Shown: positions 39,378-47,755 of the stretch, piece after piece
How the letters are laid out: each line of letters opens with the position of its first letter
Numbering within the stretch: the first letter of the stretch is position 1
NCBI GenBank assembly: GCA_038230075.1
Contig: JBBRNV010000004.1
Location: 6,047 to 70,046 of the forward strand
Direction of reading: 5' to 3'
From: Minisyncoccia bacterium
GTDB taxonomy: Bacteria; Patescibacteriota; Minisyncoccia; Phycocordibacterales; CALRBL01
DNA length: 64,000 nucleotides
Notes under the pieces: model-generated
Told to the model about the DNA's origin: nothing
What the model saw: only the letters and a program-made list of their open reading frames with translations
The model's database searches: none
Made by a program: the position numbers and the translations under genes

Positions 39378-40430
39378 ATGTCTATTTTTAATCGAATGTT
39401 TGGTGGAAACGGAAGCGCTTCTGGCGCTGATTTTAATCTCGATTGTCTTTCTATTGGAGACACAGTCGTTGATGCATTTATTCGTCTTCAAGTTGCTGAA
39501 GAGTTGGTAGACGTTGAACACCACCGCGACATGCTTTGCATGACATTCGCTGACAAAATACCTTATGAATTTGCTGAAGTAATTCCCGGTGTTGGAAATA
39601 GCGCTAATGCCGCAGTTGCTCTTGGAAGACTGGGTCTCTCATCTGGAATCTACACCAATGTTGGAGACGATATGTATGGACAAGATTGTATTAAGAATTT
39701 CAAAGATAATCACGTATCAACAGACTTCGTTGTGGTGAATAAGGGAATGAAGACAAACTACCATTACGTATTGTGGTTCAAAAATGAACGAACAATTTTA
39801 ATTAAACACTTCGAGTATCCGTATGTCTTTCCTAAACAAACTAATCCTCGATACATCTACTTAAGTTCTCTTGGGCCAACATCTCTCGACATGCATCGCC
39901 AAATCGCTGACTTCATGAAGTCACATCCAGAAACAAAACTAGTATTTCAACCTGGAACATTTCAAATTAAATTAGGAAAAGATCAGCTTAAAGATATTTA
40001 TGCATGTACAGAAATCTTTTTCTGTAACAAAGAAGAGGCTGGAAAAATATTAGGAACAGACGCAATTGCTGGAGCTGATAATATAAAAAAATTAATGAGT
40101 GACCTTCGTGGTCTTGGACCAAAAGTCGTTGTTGTAACCGATGGACCAGCTGGTGCATATGCATCTAATGGAACAGAGAATCTTTTTGCACCACCGTATC
40201 CTGATCCAAAAGAGCCTTACGAACGAACTGGTGCAGGAGATGCATTTGCTTCAACATTTACTGGAGCATTAATGAAAGGAAAGACATTGAAGGAAGCTTT
40301 ACAGTGGGGGTCTGTTAACTCTATGTCAGTTGTGCAAGATATTGGTGCACAACGAGGCCTTCTTCCACAAGATAAAATTGAGCAGTTTATTAAAACTGCA
40401 CCTGTAGGTTGGATCGTTACGGAAATTTAA
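39378..40430 (+). CDS. PfkB-family carbohydrate kinase (ribokinase-like)
   Basis: N-terminal GGxxxN(A)AxxxxRLG-type motif and C-terminal DTxGAGD-like ERTGAGDAF. Confidence 0.8.
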   Translation: MSIFNRMFGGNGSASGADFNLDCLSIGDTVVDAFIRLQVAEELVDVEHHRDMLCMTFADKIPYEFAEVIPGVGNSANAAVALGRLGLSSGIYTNVGDDMYGQDCIKNFKDNHVSTDFVVVNKGMKTNYHYVLWFKNERTILIKHFEYPYVFPKQTNPRYIYLSSLGPTSLDMHRQIADFMKSHPETKLVFQPGTFQIKLGKDQLKDIYACTEIFFCNKEEAGKILGTDAIAGADNIKKLMSDLRGLGPKVVVVTDGPAGAYASNGTENLFAPPYPDPKEPYERTGAGDAFASTFTGALMKGKTLKEALQWGSVNSMSVVQDIGAQRGLLPQDKIEQFIKTAPVGWIVTEI

Positions 40431-40449
40431 AAATTAGAAGTATTCGGAA

Positions 40450-41454
40450 CTATCTACTAATTACTTTCTTCGCAGCTTCTACAATGTGGGAAACTCCCAT
40501 GCCAAAGTGTTCGATCAATTCATCTGGAGTTCCTGATTGTCCGAAGACATCTTTCACCCCAATAAATTCTATAGGCACTGGCATAGTTTGTGACAAACAT
40601 TCAGCAACGGCTGATCCCATTCCCCCTGCAATCTGATGTTCCTCTACCGTGACTACTTTTGGTGCTTTTTGAACACATGTCAAAATTGTTTTTGCATCAA
40701 GTGGTTTAATCGTTGAAAGATTCAGAATGATTGAACCGATGTTTTCTTGTTCCAGCATATTTGCAGCTTGAAGTGCTTTGTGAACTAATGCCCCCGTTGC
40801 AATAATAGTAACCTGTGGTTTTTCTGATTCGAAAAAGACCTCAGCCTTCCCTATTTCAAAAGGAGTTTCTTCAGTAGTGATGATGGGTGTTTTTTCTCGA
40901 GCTAGTCGAATATAGGTTGGTGCATCAGTTTTAGAAAGTGCCATCGTTGCTTTTCGTGCTTCAATGGCATCACAAGGAGAGATAACTACCATTCGAGGAA
41001 TGACTCGTGTGATTGCAATGTCTTCAATTGCTTGATGTGTTCCTCCATCTGGGCCAACTGAGACTCCAGCATGTGATCCTGCAATTTTTACTGGCACATT
41101 ATTGTATGCGATGGTTGTTCGAATTTGTTCCCAGTTTCTTCCCGGAGAAAACATTGCATACGATGCGATAAAAGGAACTTTTCCCATTGCTGCCATTCCA
41201 GATGCAACAGATGCCATATTTTGTTCACCAATTCCTATTTCAATAAATCGATCCGGAAACATTTCTTTAAACAAAGAAATCTTCGAAGAATCGGTAAGAT
41301 CTGCACACAGCGCAACGATATTGTTATTATCTTTTGCAGCATCACGAAGACCTTCTCCGAATCCTTGTCTGATTGGAACTTGTTCAACATCTTTGTCGAA
41401 TATTTTTTTATTTAAAGAATGATGAAGTGACATATTATTTATCTTTGTTTTCAT
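40450..41454 (-). CDS. transketolase, C-terminal section (pyrimidine-binding and C-terminal domains)
   Basis: FIEIGIGEQNMASVASGMA motif, 334 aa. Confidence 0.85.
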   Translation of the reverse strand: MKTKINNMSLHHSLNKKIFDKDVEQVPIRQGFGEGLRDAAKDNNNIVALCADLTDSSKISLFKEMFPDRFIEIGIGEQNMASVASGMAAMGKVPFIASYAMFSPGRNWEQIRTTIAYNNVPVKIAGSHAGVSVGPDGGTHQAIEDIAITRVIPRMVVISPCDAIEARKATMALSKTDAPTYIRLAREKTPIITTEETPFEIGKAEVFFESEKPQVTIIATGALVHKALQAANMLEQENIGSIILNLSTIKPLDAKTILTCVQKAPKVVTVEEHQIAGGMGSAVAECLSQTMPVPIEFIGVKDVFGQSGTPDELIEHFGMGVSHIVEAAKKVISR

Positions 41455-41716
41455 AAACTGGCTTATGACTATACTTTACGCCTGCTTTTACGACTTCTGA
41501 GAATCCTTCTTCGAGAATCTTTACCATCTCTGTTAAATCATAAGCGTCGCTTGTTGTTTTAAATGCTTCAACTTTTTTCGCAGCATCTTCAGTATCTTTT
41601 AGAAAAGCATCGCTTTCAATTTTTATTTGTTCTGAAACACGTTTTAGATCAGCAATTGCTTGAGTGATTTCTTTATCTTCACGTTCGTCAGAAGTGTGAG
41701 TTTTAATAGTTGTCAT
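41435..41716 (-). CDS. hypothetical acidic 93-aa protein, translationally coupled to transketolase C-terminal gene (20-nt overlap)
   Basis: ORF only; helical, no domain. Confidence 0.45.
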   Translation of the reverse strand: MTTIKTHTSDEREDKEITQAIADLKRVSEQIKIESDAFLKDTEDAAKKVEAFKTTSDAYDLTEMVKILEEGFSEVVKAGVKYSHKPVYENKDK

Positions 41717-41730
41717 GTTTTTATTATATA

Positions 41731-43977
41731 TTATGCGGCTTTTGCGAGTTCTGCATTCCTTGCAGCTCTTTCTTTAACGGCTTTTTCTTCTTGTGCAACG
41801 ACAAAATCTTTTTGTGGTCTAAATACTTCTTGAATAGTAGTTATTCTATCTGACACAATTCGTTTGTAGTCTTGATCTGATATTGGTTTACCACCAACAA
41901 CCATCATTTCATTCATTTCTTCAGGAAGTCTTCTGATTACATTGTTTGCTGTTCTCATATCTACACCCGTCACAAGCTTCTTTTTTTCTATAGACCAAAG
42001 AATCTTATTAACTACTCGTAGTTGTATTCGTAGTTGACCATTCAAAAACTGTGTCATTACTCTTTGAGCTCGCGGCGATTCAATTTCTTTTAATCTACTA
42101 ATTCGTAACCGAAGTGAATCTATCTCACTCCGTTCTGCTTGTAACAAATCATATGCAGCAGCTGCCATTTTAGGACCATCACCCCCAAGTCTTTCTTCGA
42201 TTAACTTAAAGCGACGGTCTCCCTCTGTTGTAATCTTTTTCCAAACTTCTACTTCAACATTAACAGGGAGTGTCTCAACAAAAGATTCTGTTCCTAATTC
42301 ACGCAACAATTCTGTTGGCATTGGAATAATTTTTCGCTCACCAGGAACAGAAGGACCCGCCGTTGATGGTCCTGAACCTGGGAATGGAATAATGACTGAA
42401 TGCAGAGTTTCAGGAACCACTTCTGTTTCTATTTCTGTAGGAATTTCTTCTGCAAGAATCGGTACAATTTCTTCAGTAGTTAGAGGATCACTCTCAGTTG
42501 TAGTTGACGTAGTTGATATTTCTTCGTTCACAACAACAGGAGCTTCAGGAGCTGAAGTTATAACTGGTCGCTCATTTGTATACTGGGCTTTTAATTCTTG
42601 CCACTTTCGAGTTTTTCCATCAACCTTTCGAATTTTTGTATTTGCCTTATCGAGAACTTTTTGCTGTGTAGCTAAATTCTTTTGTGCATCTTTAAGCGCA
42701 GCTTTTGCTTCTTTGAGTGCAGCTTTCATTTGAACTTTTTGATCTTTCGAAATCAAATTTTTAAGAGCAAGCATTTTCTCTAGTCCATCAATAGTTTCTG
42801 AATGTTCAGCAACCGTTTTTGCATGAGTATCTACCGCTTGTGTAAGATGTTCTTTACTTTCAACCAATTCTGCGTATCCCTTCCCCGCTCTCATGTGTTC
42901 AATCTTTCCGTTGAAACGAGCTGCCATTTTTTGATCAATCGCATCAACAACCGCTTCGAATTTGGCGGCTTGTTGTTCTGTAAGTGCAAGCGCTGCAACA
43001 TGTGTATCTTTTACTGCTTCAATTTTTCGTATTCTACTTTCAAGTTTCATTTCTCTAATTTCATACTGACTAACCAACTGATCTCTCAACTTTCTAAGTG
43101 CAGGAGATGTTGGATTTTCTCCAAGTGTTCCAATGACTCTCTGCTTCTCAGCTTCAAATTTAGCTTTCTCTTGATTTTGTTGATGAGTTAATACTTCAAT
43201 ATCTGCCTTGTGTTGTGTGATCGCTTGTTTTTGACCAAGCAAATCTTTAACAGCAGAACGTCGCTCACCTCCAAACATTTTAGTTCTAAAATTATCCCAT
43301 TTTAATCTTATTGCGCTTTCTGCCTTCCTACTTTCTGCTGGAATTATGTCGGGCACTTCAATATCTGTAGCAATTACTGCGTCTGGTGTTGTTGTTGGAG
43401 TTTCTACCGCAACAAGAGGAATAGGAATAGCGGCTTCATGTATTACTGGAATGGGAACTTCAGCATCAGGGGTTGGTATCTCTGCTTCAGGAATTTCTGC
43501 AGCAGGAGGAGGAGTTTCGAGGATATCAGAAACTGGAGCAACCTCAACGATGGGAGTTTCGGGCGGCAATTCAGAGATAGCAGGAGGAACTTCAGCAACT
43601 GGGGTGTTGGGTACTTCAACAAGAGGAATTTCCGAAACAGCCTCAGATGCTGCCACATCTGGAGTTGGTGGAAATGCAGCATATAGAGTATCCGCAAAAG
43701 TGTCTTCTGATTTCAAATCTTCATTTGGAACCTCTGCGGCAACTTCTGATGGGATTTCCACAGAAACAGGATTTAGAACAATTTTTGCTTCAAATGCAGC
43801 TTTCTCAGCAGTCTCAGCAGTCTCAGCAGCCACTGCATCTGCAGCTCTCTGTTGTTCATTAACTAATTCATTCATAGCAATAACTTGAGGATGTTCTATA
43901 GGCTCAGGAACTACCACCTCTCCCGTTGAATCTGGAGGCAATACTGTGTCATTTAAATTTTTTGGAATATTACTCAT
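41731..43977 (-). CDS. large (748 aa) Pro/Glu/Val-rich repetitive, coiled-coil protein of unknown function
   Basis: N-terminal ~200 aa of (E/A)(V/I)P repeats, central coiled coil, C-terminal globular region; overlaps tkt N gene by 8 nt. Confidence 0.6.
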   Translation of the reverse strand: MSNIPKNLNDTVLPPDSTGEVVVPEPIEHPQVIAMNELVNEQQRAADAVAAETAETAEKAAFEAKIVLNPVSVEIPSEVAAEVPNEDLKSEDTFADTLYAAFPPTPDVAASEAVSEIPLVEVPNTPVAEVPPAISELPPETPIVEVAPVSDILETPPPAAEIPEAEIPTPDAEVPIPVIHEAAIPIPLVAVETPTTTPDAVIATDIEVPDIIPAESRKAESAIRLKWDNFRTKMFGGERRSAVKDLLGQKQAITQHKADIEVLTHQQNQEKAKFEAEKQRVIGTLGENPTSPALRKLRDQLVSQYEIREMKLESRIRKIEAVKDTHVAALALTEQQAAKFEAVVDAIDQKMAARFNGKIEHMRAGKGYAELVESKEHLTQAVDTHAKTVAEHSETIDGLEKMLALKNLISKDQKVQMKAALKEAKAALKDAQKNLATQQKVLDKANTKIRKVDGKTRKWQELKAQYTNERPVITSAPEAPVVVNEEISTTSTTTESDPLTTEEIVPILAEEIPTEIETEVVPETLHSVIIPFPGSGPSTAGPSVPGERKIIPMPTELLRELGTESFVETLPVNVEVEVWKKITTEGDRRFKLIEERLGGDGPKMAAAAYDLLQAERSEIDSLRLRISRLKEIESPRAQRVMTQFLNGQLRIQLRVVNKILWSIEKKKLVTGVDMRTANNVIRRLPEEMNEMMVVGGKPISDQDYKRIVSDRITTIQEVFRPQKDFVVAQEEKAVKERAARNAELAKAA

Positions 43978-44863
43978 GTTCGCTAGTTATTTTACCTTGT
44001 AATGTTCGAAGTTCATTTAATGCCATTATCGCCTGATCTTTACTCGGCGGATTTCCATGCCAATATGGTTTTCGTTCAAATTCATGTACCCCTTTTCCAG
44101 GAATGGTGTGAGCCAAGATAACAACCGGACGATTAAATATTTCTTTGGCCTCTTCAACTGCATTAATAATATCAGTAAAATTGTGTCCATTCACTTCAAT
44201 GACATACCAATTAAATGCGTGCCATTTTTCGTATAATGATTCAAGTGGCATTACATCTTCAGTGAATCCATCAATTTGAATATTGTTTCGATCAACAATT
44301 GCAATTAAATTTCCAAGTTTTTCTTTTCCTGCGAGCATAATGGCTTCCCAATTTTGTCCTTCATTTAATTCTCCATCTCCAAGGAAACAATAGATAAATT
44401 TTCCTGACATTTCTTCAGGATCTTTTTGCGCTTTAGTTTTTTCTCTAATGTCGATTCTATCAGCGAGCGCCATGCCAACTGCTTGTGAGAGCCCTGACCC
44501 AAGCGGACCTGAACTTGTTTCTAAAAATGGAAGCCATTCTCGATGAGGATGCCCTTGAAGACGTGATCCGAACTTTCGAAGTGTCTTTAATTCCTCAACT
44601 GGAAAATATCCAGCATGCGCAAGTGTTGCGTATAAAACAGGGCAGATGTGTCCATTTGAAAGAACGAGTCGATCGCGCTCATCCCACATTGGATTCTTTG
44701 GATCATGTTTTAAAATATGAAAATAGAATGCCGTGAAAATATCTGCCATGCCGAGAGGTCCTGCAGTATGACCTGATCCTGCAGTAACAAGCATTTCAAT
44801 TATTGATTCACGAATATCATTCGCTTTTTGTTCAAGAAACTTTGTATCAGCCTGGGCTATCAT
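43970..44863 (-). CDS. transketolase, N-terminal section (thiamine-diphosphate-binding)
   Basis: GSGHTAGPLGMADI, GDGELNEGQ motifs. Confidence 0.85.
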   Translation of the reverse strand: MIAQADTKFLEQKANDIRESIIEMLVTAGSGHTAGPLGMADIFTAFYFHILKHDPKNPMWDERDRLVLSNGHICPVLYATLAHAGYFPVEELKTLRKFGSRLQGHPHREWLPFLETSSGPLGSGLSQAVGMALADRIDIREKTKAQKDPEEMSGKFIYCFLGDGELNEGQNWEAIMLAGKEKLGNLIAIVDRNNIQIDGFTEDVMPLESLYEKWHAFNWYVIEVNGHNFTDIINAVEEAKEIFNRPVVILAHTIPGKGVHEFERKPYWHGNPPSKDQAIMALNELRTLQGKITSEHE

Positions 44864-44902
44864 TCATCTATTCTACCTTACTTTGTTTTGTGTTAGAAGC
44901 TG

Positions 44903-45664
44903 TTATTTCTCTTTTTTGATCGTTGCTCGTTCAGCTCTCCACGCTTCAATGTCTTTATGATTCCCCGACAATAAAACCGGAGGAACTTTATAGTTCTTTC
45001 CTTTAAATTTCAAAATTTCAGGACGAGTATACACTTCCTTACTTGCCGATCTGTCTTCTTCAAGTGATTCAATGTTTCCAAGCACACCTTCACACTTTCT
45101 TGCCATCGTATCGATAATGATAAGTGCAGGAAGTTCTCCACCTGTTAATACGAAAGGTCCAATTGAAACTTCGACTGCTTTCAAAATAGAAACTACTCGC
45201 GCATCTACTCCTTCGTATCGTCCACAGATAATAACAATGTCGGTATATGTTGAGACAAATGTTTTCGCGACACTTGTTGTAAATTGTTCACCACCAGGAG
45301 AAAGAAAAATGGTTAGTGCTTTTCTTTTTGTTTTCCCTTTTCCAATCTTTGAAAGAATTTTGTCATGTGCTTTTAAGATTGGTTCTGCTTGCATAACCAT
45401 TCCAGGACCTCCTCCATATGGTTTATCGTCAATTCGTAAATAAGGCTTTTCTCTTCCTTTCTGATTTTTTGTTGGCTTTACAAAACTTCGAGGATTATAA
45501 AATGAAACATCGATAATCTTTTGATCGATAGCTCGTTTTATAATTGATTCCTCTAAATAGGAATCAAAGACATTGGGAAAAAGCGTAATCACATGAAAGT
45601 GAAGTTGGGTTTTTGTGGTAAGCACTTTTTTCTTTAGAGAATTTTTTATTGAAACTTTTTTCAT
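44903..45664 (-). CDS. trmD: tRNA (guanine37-N1)-methyltransferase
   Basis: KPYGGGPGMVM SPOUT knot motif; N-terminal ~20-aa extension. Confidence 0.85.
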   Translation of the reverse strand: MKKVSIKNSLKKKVLTTKTQLHFHVITLFPNVFDSYLEESIIKRAIDQKIIDVSFYNPRSFVKPTKNQKGREKPYLRIDDKPYGGGPGMVMQAEPILKAHDKILSKIGKGKTKRKALTIFLSPGGEQFTTSVAKTFVSTYTDIVIICGRYEGVDARVVSILKAVEVSIGPFVLTGGELPALIIIDTMARKCEGVLGNIESLEEDRSASKEVYTRPEILKFKGKNYKVPPVLLSGNHKDIEAWRAERATIKKEK

Positions 45665-45687
45665 TTCTATATATGTATGCTGATACT

Positions 45688-45730
45688 ACACAAAGCAAAG
45701 GGGCGCCGCAACGAATAGTCGGGCGCCCCT
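45688..45730 (-). terminator. rho-independent terminator on minus strand immediately upstream of trmD (ends the GC-rich island transcript)
   Basis: GGGGCGCC(G)-N11-(C)GGCGCCCC hairpin followed by TTTGCTTTGT on minus strand. Confidence 0.6.
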
Positions 45731-45753
45731 CAGGATTCGAAGTGGTATTTGAG

Positions 45754-46143
45754 TCAGGCATGAAAAGCCATATCGAAACTCAAACTCTTCGGTCGTATGA
45801 CCGGAATGCGACAGTCCTCCGGTGGTGGGTCAACCAGAAAAATCTCTCGGGCTGAATACAACAATGCCTCAGACAGAGCAATGCCAACCTCGTTGAGGAT
45901 GACATCGCTTGGAACTTCACGCCGCCGATCACGAGTAAACTCACAAGCGGTGGTAAAGGCCCGATTCGGCGAGAGTAATCCACTTGACTCCACCTCTTGG
46001 AAAAGGAGTAAGCGTACTTTGAGTACGCAATCAGCGCAACTCTCGACGTCGCGCCAACTGACCTCAATGACGTTCACCACACCGAGACAGAGGTTCTCAA
46101 TACCCACAAAGGTGAAACCACGATATTTAACATTTCGATTCAT
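45754..46143 (-). CDS. dubious ORF (129 aa) in 50% GC island; faint RimM C-terminal (PRC-barrel)-like pattern; possibly non-coding
   Basis: G/C-ending codon usage unlike host genes; stop codon 2 codons upstream of ATG; overlapping plus-strand ORF. Confidence 0.2.
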   Translation of the reverse strand: MNRNVKYRGFTFVGIENLCLGVVNVIEVSWRDVESCADCVLKVRLLLFQEVESSGLLSPNRAFTTACEFTRDRRREVPSDVILNEVGIALSEALLYSAREIFLVDPPPEDCRIPVIRPKSLSFDMAFHA

Positions 46144-46238
46144 TTTTTAGGAGCTGGGTTGATGATTGGCTACGAACTGAAGTTCTGGAGACCATTTGGT
46201 TCCAATCGAACTATGCCACAGTTATAGTTTAAAGTAAA

Positions 46239-46278
46239 TATAAAAACGAAAGGGTCCGACATTCACATGTCGGACTCC
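46239..46278 (-). terminator. rho-independent terminator on minus strand after ORF 46300-46650
   Basis: GTCCGACA-tgtgaa-TGTCGGAC hairpin followed by CCTTTCGTTTTTAT. Confidence 0.65.
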
Positions 46279-46299
46279 CTTGTCGATACAGATAGCAAC

Positions 46300-46650
46300 T
46301 CAGAACAATCCAAGTCGAGCAGGTGCTTGCACCTCTTGAATGTTGCGCACGAAAACCAAGCTCGCAGTTTCCATCGTATCCCGCAAGATCTCGATCAAAA
46401 CCTTTGTGATGACATCCGTTGCGGCGCGATCTAAAAAAGCATGTGCTTCATCGTCAATCCCAGCAGTTGCGCTCGTGAAGAGATCAGCGACGTGTCGAAC
46501 TTTTTTTAGTCCCTCAAAAAACAAAAGCCGAGAGCAGAAACGCACAAGTTGTTTGTTGAGACGACAACTTGCATGAACCATGCTCACTTTTCCAAGCTGT
46601 AACGCTCGAATTTCTTCGATATTGAATATGATGTTTGTGCAATGTTTCAT
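46300..46650 (-). CDS. hypothetical 116-aa protein in GC-elevated island (uncertain)
   Basis: ORF with mixed codon usage, bracketed by terminators at 46731-46775 and 46239-46278. Confidence 0.3.
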   Translation of the reverse strand: MKHCTNIIFNIEEIRALQLGKVSMVHASCRLNKQLVRFCSRLLFFEGLKKVRHVADLFTSATAGIDDEAHAFLDRAATDVITKVLIEILRDTMETASLVFVRNIQEVQAPARLGLF

Positions 46651-46730
46651 TGATAAAAATCTAAGATTTGGCTGTAATCACCAGAATGGTAATTTAAGCT
46701 CTGCCAAGAACATAGCATATTAGTAGATAA

Positions 46731-46775
46731 AAATAAAAAGCAGAGTCTACCTAACAGACTCTGCTTTTTATTTTT
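46731..46775. terminator. bidirectional terminator ending the rpsP-KH operon
   Basis: AAAAAGCAGAGTCT-acctaac-AGACTCTGCTTTTT. Confidence 0.7.
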
Positions 46776-46777
46776 AT

Positions 46778-47092
46778 CTAGATCTTCAAATCATCTAATG
46801 CTTCATCAACACTTTTTGTTGTTGATGACGGAGCTGCTCCTCCTTCAGGTTCATTAATCTTCAAATTGATTCGAGCGTTGTTTTTCATTCCAACAACTCG
46901 CAGAAGTGTTCTTATAGCTTTTGCGGTATTTCCCTCTCGTCCGATTATTTTACCCATATCCGCCTGGTCTACCACAAGAGTCATCAGAACTCCCATTTCA
47001 TCAACAGATCGAGTGATTTTCACTTTTTCTGGCTGATCAACCAATGCTTTAACGATGTAATCTAAAAACTGTGTGTCTTGATCTTGCTGCAT
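46778..47092 (-). CDS. KH-domain RNA-binding protein (YlqC/UPF0109-like)
   Basis: KIIGREGNTAKAIRTLL KH motif; canonical position after rpsP. Confidence 0.8.
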   Translation of the reverse strand: MQQDQDTQFLDYIVKALVDQPEKVKITRSVDEMGVLMTLVVDQADMGKIIGREGNTAKAIRTLLRVVGMKNNARINLKINEPEGGAAPSSTTKSVDEALDDLKI

Positions 47093-47154
47093 ATATATGA
47101 ACTATGAATAATGCATAAAGTATACAATTAATACTTTGTTTTGTCATTTACACA

Positions 47155-47191
47155 CCCAAAGAAAAAACTCTTTATTTCTAAAGAGTTTTTT
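47155..47191 (-). terminator. A/T-rich hairpin between rpsP and KH gene (attenuator or weak terminator)
   Basis: AAAAAACTCTTTA-gaaa-TAAAGAGTTTTTT. Confidence 0.35.
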
Positions 47192-47206
47192 CTTTTATTT
47201 GATAGA

Positions 47207-47647
47207 TTATACTGTTGGAGTTTCTTCTGCAGGAGCGGCTTGGGCTGCTGGAGCTTCAACAACTTCAGGAGTAGGTACTGCAACGGGTGTAACAACCTCA
47301 ACTGGTGCGACAACTTCAGGTGCTGCTGCAGGTGCAGCTACTACTTCTACCGGAGCTACTTCTTCTTTCTTTGGAACTGTTTTCTTTGGAAGAACATTTA
47401 CTTTCTTTCCTGTAATAATTTTTTGTGACAATAGTAAGTTGTGAAGAGTTCCTGATGCCTTTGCTCCAACTGAAAGCCAGTGCTTAACTCGGTCAGCTTT
47501 GATCTGAGTTGTTTCCTTTCGTGGATCATATGAGCCAAGAACTTCTAAAAACTTTCCACTTTTTGAGCTGTTTTTTGAATCAGTCAAAACAACACGAAAT
47601 GTAGTTTCGTGCTTTCGTCCTGTTCGTTGTAGTCGAATTGATAACAT
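47207..47647 (-). CDS. rpsP: 30S ribosomal protein S16 with Ala/Pro/Glu/Val-rich C-terminal extension
   Basis: MLSIRLQRTGRKHETTFRVV... canonical S16 N-terminus. Confidence 0.85.
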   Translation of the reverse strand: MLSIRLQRTGRKHETTFRVVLTDSKNSSKSGKFLEVLGSYDPRKETTQIKADRVKHWLSVGAKASGTLHNLLLSQKIITGKKVNVLPKKTVPKKEEVAPVEVVAAPAAAPEVVAPVEVVTPVAVPTPEVVEAPAAQAAPAEETPTV

Positions 47648-47741
47648 GGTTAGACGATAATAGCAGACGTTTGGTGATAGGTCAATTGGGCTCCAATCAA
47701 AGGAACAGGGCTAAGAAAATCGAGTTTTTTCGTTTTTCTGC

Positions 47742-47747
47742 TATGAT
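47742..47747 (+). promoter_or_regulatory. TATGAT -10 box 8 nt upstream of rnr ATG (leaderless)
   Basis: read directly. Confidence 0.3.
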
Positions 47748-47755
47748 GACCAGAT

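Noticed and set aside
39356-39463. 85-nt head-to-head coding overlap between ORF 39032-39463 (-) and the kinase gene (+)
   Set aside because: More plausibly the minus-strand gene starts at an internal Met (39355 or 39337), which leaves a short divergent intergenic region.
43346-43888. Apparent DNA repeats resembling a repeat array
   Set aside because: The periodicity is codon-level repetition (GAA/GTT/CCA) encoding the (E/A)(V/I)P-rich region of the 748-aa protein. There are no regularly spaced identical direct repeats with unique spacers, so it is not CRISPR.
45700-45760. GGATTCGAAG motif preceded by GGGCGCC, resembling the 5' end of tmRNA on the plus strand
   Set aside because: No matching 3' acceptor strand / T-arm / CCA downstream, and no plausible tag-peptide reading frame. 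The GGGCGCC is the 3' arm of a terminator hairpin. A permuted tmRNA arrangement also does not fit.
45754-46143. Calling the 129-aa ORF rimM
   Set aside because: Only a faint PRC-barrel-like pattern; G/C-biased codons; in-frame stop 2 codons upstream; no N-terminal RimM domain. Kept as a low-confidence feature and a finding instead.
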